64,000 nucleotides of DNA from Psammoneis japonica. Lineage: Eukaryota. The stretch is from assembly GCA_008632985.1 (NCBI GenBank), contig QPGO01000003.1:558001-622000 (forward strand), read 5' to 3'. Positions 11,780-24,599 of the stretch are shown here, piece after piece (the first letter of the stretch is position 1; each line of letters starts with the position of its first letter). A model generated the notes under the pieces. The model was given only the letters and a program-made list of their open reading frames with translations. It had not been told where the DNA came from and did no database searches. The position numbers were made by a program, and so were the translations under genes.

Positions 11780-14700
11780 ACTGACTTGCTGGGGCGGGCG
11801 AGACTTGGTCTTGCTTTTCTCAGGCAACCAATCACTGTTCTCTTCTGCCATTGTCCATGCGGGTAGAACCATCCCTGCCAATAAGAACTAGCACTCACCT
11901 GGCAGATGTTTTTTGCCACCATGCTGCGAGTGAGTGACTTGTCAACCCACGCCACACCCCAAAGGCAGCAGCAGGAAAGCCAAGTGTCTGCCACCAGCCC
12001 CGCTGGCCAGCACAAAGAAATGGCACTGGGCCAGCCGTGCATGTTTTGCTCTTCAGAGCTTGATTCATCAGAGCCCACAAAACTGCAGGGTGTGCTGGAC
12101 CATTGACTCTGTCACCAAGCGTGCACTTGCTGTTCCAATGATGGCGGTCTGCTCTGCGATGCTCTCTGAGACTGCATCATGGGCTCACTCCACCCAGATG
12201 TGTTCTGTCAACCAACTCAATTTCAAGCAGTGTGCTGACAGAAAGCGCATGTCAAACCCACAGCAGCTGATGGATTGACATGACTTAAACTGAAACAAGC
12301 TGCACTTGCAGGAGGATGTGCCCAAGAAACTGCACCTCACAGCCAAACAAAAGAAGCGGGGGCACACGCACAGCCGGCAGCCCCAAGTGCACAGTCTCCA
12401 GTGAAGCACACTCAATGACAGTTGTCAGTCAGCTGCACACATGCAACCAGTGAAATGAAGAGAGAAAAACTGGACTTGAAATGCTTTGAGAAGCCCCCAC
12501 ATTGTCCCATCTTGCAGCAGCTTGCAAATCTCCAGCTGGCAAGCGAGCTGGTGCGTGGCATTTTTCTGGCAATGCAAGCAAGTGATTGCAAAGAAGCAAC
12601 ATGTCAATTGGAAATTTGCTGGACCTGGTGCACAACAATGAGAACAGACCTTCCTTGATTCATTTTCATGCAGCGCTGTGACTTTCTTGGCTGAGAGCAA
12701 AAGAGTTGGGCAAAGCAGAGCACACAGATGGAACCCGGATGCTGAATTGCTGTGACCACGACCAGAGCCAGAATTTTTTACTTTGATAAAATCATGGCCA
12801 CTGATGACATGCTCTGTTGTCATTGTTGCTGTTCGACAAGACGCTTGCTCTGCTCGACACTGCTTGTGCTCTGAACAACAGAAGCCAAGAGGTTTGTGTC
12901 CTGCGTGTCACATTCCTTGTCGCGTGTTTTCCACGGGCTCAGGAAGCATCGGCACTGACACCATTTTTTTCTCTTCAGCTCCCATCACAATGCAACCCAG
13001 CACACCTCACTTGAAGATGGGCATCTCCACTGCCATTGACAGGAGCTCGTCACCACTGGCGTGTCTGCTGGCTTTGGCGCTCATCTTCCTGTCGGAGTGA
13101 TGACGGATGAATCATCCACACCCTTGCCCAACTGCTGGCAAGATCCCCAGATGATTCGCTGCAAAATGGCAGTGTCTGACTGCACCCTTGCAACTGCCAT
13201 GAAAAAGAGGAATGTGTGAAATCAATGCCTGCCTGTTGAAGCAAAATGCTTGTCTCTTCCAAAATGTCGAGTGGGTTTGAATGCTCTGCCTCCTTTTTTT
13301 AACTTTGTCTCTTGCTGCAAGTTTTTCAACTTTCTCACAAGCTTCTTTCTCTGTTTCACAAGCTTCCTTGACTGCTGCAAATTTTTCCTTGACTTTCTCA
13401 TGAACTTTCTTTTCTGCTTCCAGCATTTCTTGAGAGCTGCAAGATGCGCTCTTTGTTCTTGTGCATCAGTGGCAGACTTCTCGTCTTGTTGGATGTTGCT
13501 GGAAGGAGGCGACTCCTCATCAACATGTTTTCATTGCTGTGGCTGCCTTGGGCACGTTTCGCTCATGTCCAGAGTGACTTCTGTGGCAGAAAGTGAATGC
13601 AACAGTGCAGGAGTGTGTTGTGATAAATTGGCAAAAACAAAAGAAAGAGCGCAAGACTCAAGGAATGGCCGAAGCATCTGGTTGCCAGCATGCTCCATTG
13701 TCTTGGGGTTTGTGTTGCCACAATCTCCATTTGAAGTTTCAGTGTGCATTGTTGAATCTGTTGCAGCTGACAGAGGCGGCAAAAATCCCCAGCTCCAAAT
13801 TGTTTGAATGCCTGGTTGACAATGCAGCAGTGTGAGATGAAGCTTGGAAGTCACTTTGTGCTGGGCACGTTGTGGCGACATTTGTCACAATCTAAATTGA
13901 GGTTGTGGTCATCTTTTGCTTTGTTGGGGGTCATGTGACAGGGCTTCTGGTCAGGAAGAGTTCGGCAACCAGACACGATCAAGAGCCAATCCTGCGGCAT
14001 GTGATGGGGGCCACTCTGTTGGAGCTGGAACGTGGTGTCAATTGTCTCAGGTCCCTGCTGTTTCTCATTCAAGATCTTTCCATCATCATTCCAATGGAGT
14101 GCTCACAGGTGACTGGCGGCCTCAGTGTGCAATCTTGTGACAGCATGACCGCTGATGTCATGCAACGCTGGTGTGGCTCATCAGCGAGCAAAGTGCTGTT
14201 TGGGTCAACTGTCCCCCACATTTCAACAAGTTGATTCTCAGGGCATCATCCAAAGCAGAGACTTGTCTGTCATGCATGTTGCTTTGCTGTCTCAGAGTCC
14301 ACATCCTCCAGAGGACCCTCATTGTTGTCCTTCAATGCAGCAGGATGAAAATGGTTGAAGCCACTGCGCCTGCAGTTGCCAGAAGATTTGGGCAGTGAAC
14401 AAGAATTCTGAGGTGGGTGATGGCAGGATGCAGTGCACTTCCCTCATGTTGTTGCTCTTGACACTGCCCCTTCCATGTGGCCTCCTTTTGTTGGCACAAG
14501 AAAGGCGACAATGGCGGCACCTCTTTTGGCCAGCAGCATCAACACGCTCTTCATGCTCTGTCTGCACTCTTCTTTGTCATGGAAGATGCAAGAGTGCAGT
14601 CAAACACCATCACAATGGTTCCTCTGAGGATCTTGCTTGTGGTTGGGAGAGAGGGCGTGGATGATTCGTCCATCATCACTCCCACAGGAAGAGGAGCGCC

Positions 14701-15235
14701 AAAGCTGGCAGACGCGCCAGTGGCGACGGGCTCCTGTTGATGGCAACGGAGATGCCATCTTTGAGTGAGATGTGTTGGGTTGTGCCATGATGGGAGCTGA
14801 AGAGAAAAAATGGTGTTGGTGCCGGTGCTTCCTGAGCCCGTGGAAAGTGCACGACAAGGAGTGTGGCTCACCCAGCGTGCAAATCTCTTGGCTTCCAATG
14901 TCCAGAGGCGCGCAAGTGGTGTCAGGGAGAGCAAGCATCTCATTGAACAGCCATCACAACAAAAGAGCATGTCACCAGCAGCCACAGTTTTGTCGTGGCA
15001 AAAAAATTCTGGCTCCGGAGGTGTCACAGCAATTCGGCCGCGCAGCGCGAAACAGGTTGCGTCCATGCAGCTCGGCAGCCAGCCAAGTCTGCACATCTGT
15101 CCACTCTGCATGATGGCGAAACACAAAACACCCGTCTTTCTCAAAAAGTTTTGCCGCACACAGACAGGCTCTGACAATTTTTTTGTGGCGGGAAATTCCA
15201 ATCGTTTTCCGTTGAGTCTTGTGAGACGTGCCACC
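11780..15235. repeat. TpA/CpG-depleted decayed repeat block containing an inverted ~480-bp duplicate
   Basis: Almost no TA; 12735-13215 aligns with the reverse complement of 14560-15035. Confidence 0.7.
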
Positions 15236-15428
15236 TTGATTTATGAATTACGAATATATAATAATATTCTCATTCAACGGCAAAATGGCTTTCAATCAAT
15301 GCGTACTGTACGTCACCACCCGCCACCAGACTGCACTGAGATGTTGTGAGACTGTTCCGCCGATCGCCAATTCATAAAATTTTCACGGTGTGTTTTGCTA
15401 TAGAGTTTTGCTCCTCAGAGAAACAGCA

Positions 15429-16691
15429 ATGAAGGAAGTCGTCTATCTCACTGGATCCACCGGCTTTGTTGGCCAAGCTATTGTCCGAGCATGCCATGAG
15501 GACGAATTGATCGAAAAAGTATACTGCCCCGTTCGAGACAAGAAGGGAAAAACCGGCTTGGAACGGTTCGATGCGTTGCTCGGCGGCTACAAGAAGAACA
15601 CCTTTATCAACATAAAAGATGATCTTCCTTCCGATGTGACTCGCGTCATATTAAACGCGTATGGTGTCAAGTTCTTTGTTTCCTTACAGAAGATTCTAAA
15701 GGACAATGTTGAACCGATGCTGTCAATTTTGGAGCAGTGCGAAAAGACTGGAGTGAAAGGTATTAGCATTGTTTCTACGGCCTATGTGCAACCCCCATTG
15801 CCGTATCAGCGTAGACAAGACAACAGAGTCCCTTTTTTGTTGAGAGATGTCACAACGCCGTCCAAATTCTACGAGGAAGTGGTTGCCGGCTCGGTACAGT
15901 GGCCGCAAGAACTAGATGAGCTGGGTGTTGATATCTCATCACACCACAAGATCAACACTTACGCCTTCTCAAAGCATCTGATGGAATGTCTGATTCACGA
16001 ACGATTCCCAAGACTCCCCATTTCCATTGTACGACCTTCCATTGTTGCTCCATGCCGGAACGGAGAGATTGGACAAGGAGTCAGAACCGGGCTCCTGGCA
16101 TTTGCCGATCTCGCACACCACCCAGTCGTTCGCTTTCCCCGCTCAGAAGGCCAGCTTAACGGCGTTTTTGTCGAAGATGTTGCTGCGGACATTGTTCGTG
16201 GAGCCTGCCACGAGGCTAGGCCGGCTGAAGAGGAAGACAAGGCTTACTATCATCCGGTCATTTCATCTACCTCCTCATCAGCGTTCACAGCGATGGAGCT
16301 CTTTCGTTTGATTGCTCCCAATGTCTCACGGTTCGAAGTCAAGAACGATGTTCACCGAGATGTCTTACGAGCCATTGAGCTTGTCATTATCAGGTTCGTC
16401 AAGGGCCAGCGTGCGGCAAGGTTGGTTGGCACAATCTACGAGAACTTTGACCATGTCATGTCTGAGACCTGGGACTTTGAGAAAGCCCACGAACCGGTGG
16501 CTGCTGGCGACGTGGTAAAATTCTCCAAGCTCTACTTTGAGAATGCCAAAATTAGTCAACGAGCCACAAGGACTTTGTCGACTCCAAGTCTTGCTCTTCT
16601 GTTGGTCCTTTTGGCAATCGCCGTGAGCGCTCCTTTTGTTATGTTATCTCCTGATATGTGGGGTCCCGGCAGCAGTCACATGCTCAGATAA
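15429..16691 (+). CDS. Fatty acyl-CoA reductase-like extended SDR (NAD_binding_4 / male-sterility type)
   Basis: VYLTGSTGFVG Rossmann motif, VSTAY, YAFSK (YxxxK), IVRPSIV, C-terminal TM helix. Intronless, normal TA content. Confidence 0.8.
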   Translation: MKEVVYLTGSTGFVGQAIVRACHEDELIEKVYCPVRDKKGKTGLERFDALLGGYKKNTFINIKDDLPSDVTRVILNAYGVKFFVSLQKILKDNVEPMLSILEQCEKTGVKGISIVSTAYVQPPLPYQRRQDNRVPFLLRDVTTPSKFYEEVVAGSVQWPQELDELGVDISSHHKINTYAFSKHLMECLIHERFPRLPISIVRPSIVAPCRNGEIGQGVRTGLLAFADLAHHPVVRFPRSEGQLNGVFVEDVAADIVRGACHEARPAEEEDKAYYHPVISSTSSSAFTAMELFRLIAPNVSRFEVKNDVHRDVLRAIELVIIRFVKGQRAARLVGTIYENFDHVMSETWDFEKAHEPVAAGDVVKFSKLYFENAKISQRATRTLSTPSLALLLVLLAIAVSAPFVMLSPDMWGPGSSHMLR

Positions 16692-19404
16692 ACCGTCTCA
16701 AGCGTTGCAGTGAGTTCACGAACATGTCCATCCCATCTACATTTGTAAATAGTAAAATCTTTTTTCATTTGCTGGATTCCGTTTCAAAACTTATTCTTAA
16801 CAGCAAAATGTTAGAAAGCATGGCCGGGATCATGGTGCCACCCACAGCAACACTGGATAAAGAAGCCTCAGAAAAAACATTCTTCACAAAAAATTTTGAG
16901 CACAGTCCGGCACCCTCAGGCTAGAGAAGGCATGCAAGGTTGCCAATCCGAGGCAAACACCAACTTGTGTTCTTTGTGCCACAGCACTCTGCCCTTGAAG
17001 CATTTTTTTTTTCCTCTTTGTTGACATCACAGTCGTGTGCAAAATGTGTGAGCAACTCATTGTTCATCATTGTTTGTGCCATCAGTCTGTTTCAACAAAC
17101 ATTTTCACTAGTTTGGAATGAGAGATCTTGGCACATTCCTGTGCAGCTTCATCTCCTTGAATTGAATTGGCTGTTCTCTCTCTTTGCACACCTGAAACAG
17201 GCCCAGAAGGGGTTCAGCGTGACTCCACAACACAGATCAACAAAAGTGGACCCAAACAACATTCCAGCATTTGGAGCCTGTCTCATGTGATTGGTGAAAG
17301 AGCACAAAACAATGCACTCCTGTGGCTCCATCATTGGAATGTTCTGGCAGATTGTGCACAGCTTTGAAGGGAAACACTTTTGAGCATCTGTCATGGCACA
17401 GCAATGACGGCAGTTGTCAATTTCTCTCAAAAGTGTGTGGGATGCACTCAAACTTTGTTGTGTGTGAAGTGCAAGTGGCAAAATGTAAAATGAACAAGAG
17501 GCCAGGCAGAGATGGATGGCTTCTCATTTGGCCAGAGATGCTCAACAAGCCACATCATTTTCCAAGCCCAGCCGGCATTCTTGTGCATGGTTCTTGCCAG
17601 CAGGCTGTGCCAAGGGGTTGACCTTGCCTCTCAAAGGGCTTCTGTGAAATGAACAGCTTGCCAACCTTGAACACAGCTCTCTTGCTCCAGCGACTGTTGC
17701 ATCATTGCTCATCACAAAACCATCATGGAGCCTGCTGATGGGTTCGCCACAAAATTGTGTCAACTTTGCTCCTTCACTTTTTGGCAACCACAGAAGCTGC
17801 CCCAGACAACAATTGCCACCTTGTCCAAATCTTCCACTGAATTGGAGTGCACTTCATGGATGTTGTTGAACAATCTCTTGGCACATGTGTCTGTGCCTTT
17901 GACCCTGCTGAGCCTGTCCAAGCCTTGACTTGGTTGCTTGACTTTGACAGCACATCCAAGAACAGGGGGTGTTGGCTTCAGGGCATCATCATGCCCTGGG
18001 GTTTGTGACAATGGCTGTTGCACTTTGTCTCCAAGTTCTTGTGGGACCCCCCAAAAATCTTCACATTCTTGAAAAAACATGGTGCCAAGCCACGCACAAC
18101 CACACCATCCTTTTTCCCAGTGCTTGCCTTCATGACTTGCAGGGGCAACAACTCTGATGCACCATGATGGTGGCAACTGCCACAGCTCCTTCAAAATTGA
18201 AGACAGGGTCAGCCATGAGATGGATCAAGACATTGAAAATGACATTGAAAAGAGACAAACTGCTGGCCTCTGCAGTCCAAGGTGGCAAGAAAAGTGCCCA
18301 CAGCTCCTCTTTGGTTCAGAGCACCTTGTTGCCTCCTTCCTTCTGTCTCCACCACATCCTTGTCACCTCATGCCTCTGTTTTGAGACACAGGTCTAACAA
18401 GCACTTGACTCTGCCAGCTGGCCCAGTTGTCTTCTTCTCCAGTTGTGTGTTCCATGTCACCTCACTCCATTGCCAACAACCTGCTCAGCCATCCAGCACT
18501 TGGTGGACCAAGTCAGGAAGAGGGCTCATCTTGGTCCAGATGCATCCAAGTGGTTGTTCCGGCAATCCATGTGCTGGGGGCAATTGGAGGAGCAGTGTGT
18601 GCCTTTCAGGTGGCAGGCAAGGCACCACATGGCACTGATGTTGGAGCACACCGGGGAGTGCAACCCCTTTCTGGGTGCAGCAGCACTTCACTTTGTGTGG
18701 GTGCACTCCAGGGTGGACAGTGGAGTTGTCTCCTGCCTCCCCAAGCTCTGCTTGGCAAAGTTGTCCAGCACTGGGTGTCATTCCCATCAAGTGTGGTGCC
18801 ATGGGGGGCACCACCAGCACTGGGCCCATGATGTGGTTGAGTGGCAGATGGCAAGCCACACTTCCATGAACTGCTGTTGCCTTGTGCTGTGATGCTGCCC
18901 CGGTGAAGGTCAGAGGCTGGTCAGTGTGCTCCTGATGGCAAAGCCAGTGCACCATCTCTGCTTGGATGCAGCAATGAATGTCCACAACAGATGAGGTGGA
19001 ATGTTGGCCCATTTTGGCCATGAGAGGTCCTCCTCAGCATGTGTGTCAAGGTCCATTTGCAATGCCCCCAAGTGACACAGCAAGGGGCAGTTGGGTCCCA
19101 GTGGTGCAGCTGCAATGACACACATGCCGCTCTTGTGTGAGCATCAGATGGCATCCAGCATGGTGGCTGCCTGCCTTGGCAGTGTCAGGTGCCTCAAGAG
19201 TGAGCATGTCTGCAAGGGCCGGGCAGCTCTTGCTGCCATGGATCTGGCAGCAGATGGCATTGGTGTGGGCATTTGCAAAGCTTGATCTCTGGCATGGCAA
19301 GTCCAAACAACAGCAGGCTCAGACCTTGGGTGATCAACCCACAGATCTGCTTGGACAGGGATTGTTGGCTGCTGGTGGGACAATGGGGTGCACTGGTGGT
19401 GGTG

Positions 19405-22400
19405 GCCTTCGATGCACGAGTCACACCATGGAGGCGCTTCGTTGCGTGATCACAAACAGTGATCCAACACATCTCGCCATTCAACCCAACATGGTCTTTG
19501 ATGCGCTCAGTGTTCTTGGAGTGGAGACCAGAAAAAGAAAAGTCTGTGGTGAGACCTTGGTGGGGTTGGGTGGCAGTCAAAGCAGCATTGGGTCCAGCAG
19601 GTTCCTTCATCTGTTTGGCCCGGACACATGTGGGGCAAGTGTCAAGGGGAGATGTGCCGTGTGCAAACTTGGGGACACCATCAACATGTTCGTGAGCGTG
19701 GCAAAGAAAGTGATCACTGGGGTGTCCAAGACGTTGATGCCACAAAAGGCATTCCGCGTCAGCCTTGAGGGATTGGATGGGAACATTCTTCTCGGCATGC
19801 TGCTCAAACGGGATGTCTTGATGTGCTCGGGGGATCAACTTCCTTTCCATGCAGAGAGCATCATGTTGGCGTTCACGACATGTTTCAATCATGCAGGCCG
19901 AGACCGCTTCACATTCATCCGCAAAGGAGGGGTCACTTGCCTTGAGGCACTCGATTGATGCGTTTGGCTCATCATGTGATTCTGGGAGAATGAGTGGGTG
20001 AGCACAACACTTGCCATTGATCAGTTTCCCATGAATGACAATGTCCTGACTCTTGCACAAACGATGCCGTGCAACAAACTTGCAAGCACCGAGATCATGG
20101 AACTTGAGGATGCAATCAACATTGCAGTCTGTGCGACGGGCACCATTCTGACGGAGCAGAAAGCACTCATCAACCAAGGTGGATTGGAGCTGTGGGTGGC
20201 AATGTGCACGAATCTCAACATGGCCATCGGGGTTCTCCGCAGGGATGCGAAGACATCCAAAGCCGACTGGGACAGCTTCATGTCCAAGAGCTGGATTAAC
20301 AGCAAGCGGGCATGGGGCGGAAGGAGCAAATGCTTGGCATCGATGCAGGAGATCACGATCTCCAGTGCAGGCAATGTTGGCACCAGTGTCAAGTTGAGCA
20401 CAGCGCTCATTCGGGGCAAACTTGACACCATTGACAGCGCAGGCAGTGTGGAGGAGATCTGGTGGATCCAATTCATCATCATGCAGTGAGCCAAGCGGGG
20501 CAATGCGGACAGAATTCACTGTGGCAAAACCGTCCTCAACAGCAATGTCGTCACAGGTAAGATCAATGAACTCGGCAAATTCACATTCCTCTAAATCTCT
20601 CCTCCCCTGTTCTAAAGAGTCGAGAACAGGATCAGTCTCCAATGTGCTGTCAGGGAGAATGGGATCATCATCAGGCAACTTGGTGGTGTCAGGAGAGACC
20701 TTCGAGTTGGGGGTGCAGTCCATGTCAGTCGTCGAAGAAAGAGGCAGCACAGTGGCAGATGACAAGACGGTGAGTCCCTCTTTCACAGTCATCCCGCTGA
20801 CATTGGTCTTGTCTCGGTGGGTGGAGAATGGGCTGCGTTGGAGATCCGAAACTAGCTGCGACGGCCCGACCGAAAATCCAGAGACTGGACACCAGCACTG
20901 GGCGGAGAATCAGATGGTCCGTGATGAGGCGGCAACAAACCTTGTGGTCCTTGAAATTCAGAGGCTCGCACAGCCGCTTCGCGCTTCAAGAATTGACAAA
21001 ACCGCACGTGGAAGCCCTTGATGTACGGGTTGTTGTTCAAGACAGGACACTCATGGAATGAGTGTTCTTCAGAACAAACAAGGCATGGTTTCTTGGAGGC
21101 CTCTGTGGGAGCAACCTTGAGTTTGTGCACCGAAGCGGAGCAAACATGATGAAGAAGACGATCTTCATCTGCAGAAGGTACGTCAAGGTCATTCAATTCA
21201 GCACAGAGGGAGTCAAAGGCATCCTCGGGGGAGTGATCGATGTCGGCAGCTTCTGGCAGCTCGTCCGCATCCTCTGCAATGGGAGGGACATCCGGGACAG
21301 TCAAGGAATTGACATCGGCAGTTGTGCGACGTGCATCCCCTGGGTGTCGATCCCATGTACGGTGTGGATTGCGAGGAGTCGTACGAGTTGCAAGAGATGG
21401 ACTGTCCGACTGACGAAGGAAGTCAGAAAGGGTCTCAACAATCTGTGCATCCGTGCACTTCTTGAGCACAGTGGGGGACTTCCTTTCGTCTCCAGCAGCA
21501 CGGGACAAGAACTTGGAGCATTTGGTGTTCTTGACAAAAACAGTCATCTCTCGAGAGTCATCCAACGTAGAGTCCGCATTAAAGACACAAGCACGCAGCT
21601 GTAGAAAATCCTTGAAACATGAGTGACAGTCCGTCAAGGACAGATTTCCTTGAATGGGGTAGGAATCTACCAACCCAGCAGCCTCGTCATCGAAAGCCGG
21701 GTGGTTCTCGCAGACAATTTGCTTGAGAGCCTTGTGGCCGTTGCCACAACATGAGGCAACAATCCGATGACACTTGCTGTTCTTGGGGAACATGTCCGAC
21801 TTGGAAAGGATCTTGGGAAGGGAACTTTGTGCTTCTTTACAATGAACATGCATTCGTTGGGGCAAGTCATCGTCTTTGCCATTGCCAATCTCAAAACCCT
21901 TCTCACCACCGTGGTCCTTGGTGAAGCACCACAAAGGATGCACGCAGTGTCCCGAGTCAAAGGAGTGACGTTGAAAATTTTGGTGCCATGCACGTGTCCC
22001 AGCAGGAGAATCGTCATGGCATGTTGGAGGTTCTCTGAATGGCATCTTCTGGTCGGGGGCCGAGCTCATGATAAACAGGGTGCCATCATTGAGAATGATG
22101 CGGTCAGACGCATCAACACAGTGGCGGAATCCATGGTCACAAGGGACCAGAGAGCTCTTCAGGGTGACGGCACCACTTTCTTTGCGGTCGTAGTGTGTGC
22201 AAACATCGGGAGGCAGGGTGTCAGGATTGAAGAGACACTTGGATGCTGTGGAAGTTGTAGGAGTTCCAGAGGTCTTGCCAGAGGCAGCAGAAGGCGGAGC
22301 GTGGCTCGACGCAAACTTGTCAAGGGCGGTGATCAAGTCATTCACACCAACTGTCACAGGTCCGGAACCAGTCGTAGATGATGGTGTGGGCTGTGGGTTC

Positions 22401-23287
22401 TGCAGGCAGGGTGTGATGGAGAACTCCTTTGAATCCTTGTAGTTCCACATCATGTTGGGGTCAATGTCAATGTGGTGTGCAGAGATGATGACGCATGTGA
22501 TTTGATCGTGGTTCCGGAGATTGGTCTTGATGATCAACAAGAGAGATGCGGGCATCATGTGGATCGCACGAGGCCTGGCAGAGTCAACAATTCTGAACGC
22601 AGCTTCATCCACAATCGTCTTGACAGGCTGCATGTCCGCAGGATGAACCGTGCAAGGTGGGAACGCCGTGTTGACAAGGTGATCTCGAAACACATCAACA
22701 AAATCTTTCTTCGGTTGAGCATGTTCTGGATTGTCAAAGAACGGGTCCAGATCAAATGTTGAATCCGCGTGTGTCTTGTTCAAGGTCGCATGGAAATGAG
22801 GTGTCGTTGCATGTTCTTGAAATTCACAACAGATCTCTGCAATGGACGTCGGAGCGGCCTTTGCAAGGTCGGGAGACGCCATGGTTTCACTTGGTGAGGG
22901 CATTTTTGGTCATGCACATGCAGAAATCTGGTGTGTTGCTACAATTGTGAAAAATGCCGGGAAAGTGAGAAAAAAATTGTTGTTGGAACAGATGATGAGG
23001 CTTGCTCGGTCGGCTCACAAAACAAACGAATCAAGGTGGAAAGCTTGGCGCAGAGTTTTGTGGCACAGCGCAGGGCCACAACCTGACAGAATGCCGAAGG
23101 TCAATGATGACAGAGGCATGAAAGACTCCCCAAGCACCAGGACTGTGATGACACGAGTGCCAGCAGATGAGAAAGTGAGAGGCAGATCTCAGAGAGATCT
23201 GCTCGTCTGTCCAAATGGTCCGGTCATCATCCGCGTGCAGTCTGTCCATCGCACGACAGGCAGACTGACAGGTGGCACAACTTGACA
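19405..23287 (-). mobile_element. Ty1/copia (CoDi-like) LTR retrotransposon, 3'-truncated: putative 5' LTR ~23037-23287, gag 20852-22903, protease/integrase ~19405-20792
   Basis: Gag zinc knuckle CLVCSEEHSFHEC; protease AQLDTGAN; pre-integrase LWHQRLGHPS...CPTC; integrase start DFSF. No RT or RNase H recognised downstream. LTR limits are tentative. Confidence 0.85.
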
Positions 23288-24599
23288 CTTTTACATTGAG
23301 CTTTTTTGCTTGGGCCGGGTGTCCAGCCCTCCCTGCAAACACAAGAAAACAGCAAAGGCACCCTTTGCAATGACAAGCACAGCAACTGAACTGTCCATGC
23401 CATCTCCTGTTCATCCTGGTTCTTCAGAAGAATGACCAAGGGAAATGTGAGACAACAATTTCCCATGGCAAATGATGGCAGCATGTTCAACATGCATGTG
23501 GGAACACAACAGGTTATGAGCAGTGCTTTGACACTTTGACTTCTTGAGGCCAGCAATGACGTCATCACATGTGCTGAGTTGTGTGTGTTCATGACAATTC
23601 CCACCCTGCAATGACCCTGATTTTTGAGATGCCTGGAACCATCAAGGGCGAGCTTTGAAATTTTTCAGCCATTTCCCTGCCAGGAAAAAGAGGGCACTTC
23701 TCTTTGTTTTTGAAAGCCCATTTTTCACTTGTGCACTCTGCAAACACCGTGGGATGAAAAATGACAAAAAAATCAAAAAGAATGGCCTGACAATTGTGCT
23801 GCAAACCAAAATGTGCAAAACCTTGCCCAAAGCAGTTTGGACTTTTTTGTGCAGCACATGATCAACAAAATGTAAGTGTGGCAGCTGCCCAGTGTGTGAG
23901 GCCCCACCTGGTGCTGGAAGGTGCCACAACTGCTGTGGGCATCATCATCTGGGGTGCAAACCAACTCCTTGTTGACTCTGGTGCTGCAAATGCCAGAGAC
24001 AAGGGATTTGCCCCCAACAAGGAGCTGAGTGGTGGTGGTGCACCCAGAGTCAATTGCAAGAATGTCCATGCACACACAATGCCAGCAACCAGTGCCACCA
24101 GCTCATTGCTGCAATGAATGTTCAGAGCCTGGTGGCTGGGAGAGAGTTGCAAACCTTCTTCAGACAGGTGCCCATGGGTGTGCAACAGCATTGCACAGTG
24201 CAATCAAAGGTGCAGTGAATGGCATCAGTTGGTGAGAAGCCAAAGCTGGCTGGGGCAAAGGGCCTCAAAGTTGGGATCTTGAGAGGCAGCTGAGTGAGCA
24301 CTCTGCAACTGCTGCAAAAGAAGCTGGAAGTCTGGTCAAGCTGTTGCTGCACAAACCCAAACATCCAGGTCAGTGGCTGACAATTGCAAACCCAAGTTTT
24401 GGGCAACAGAAACAAGACACAACCTTCAAGAGCACTCCCTGCACTTCTGGCCCATGCACTGCTCTCACAACAGCTGGGGGCTCCTTTTTTGTGTTTTGTG
24501 CTCAGGGTGCTGCTCTCTAATTTGCCAATGTTGTTCACAGAGCAGCCAAGAGCAGGCCAATGCAAGCACTGTCTCTTGAAGCAACACTTGAGCAAGTGG

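Noticed and set aside
17500..19400. Possible RT/RNase H continuation of the copia element
   Set aside because: No copia RT or RNase H motifs recognised and the composition is more decayed, so left as unclassified repeat.
19194..20792. Alternative genetic code or recoding to explain Tyr-free ORFs
   Set aside because: Adjacent host genes use standard Tyr and stop codons, and the depletion affects all frames and non-coding DNA.
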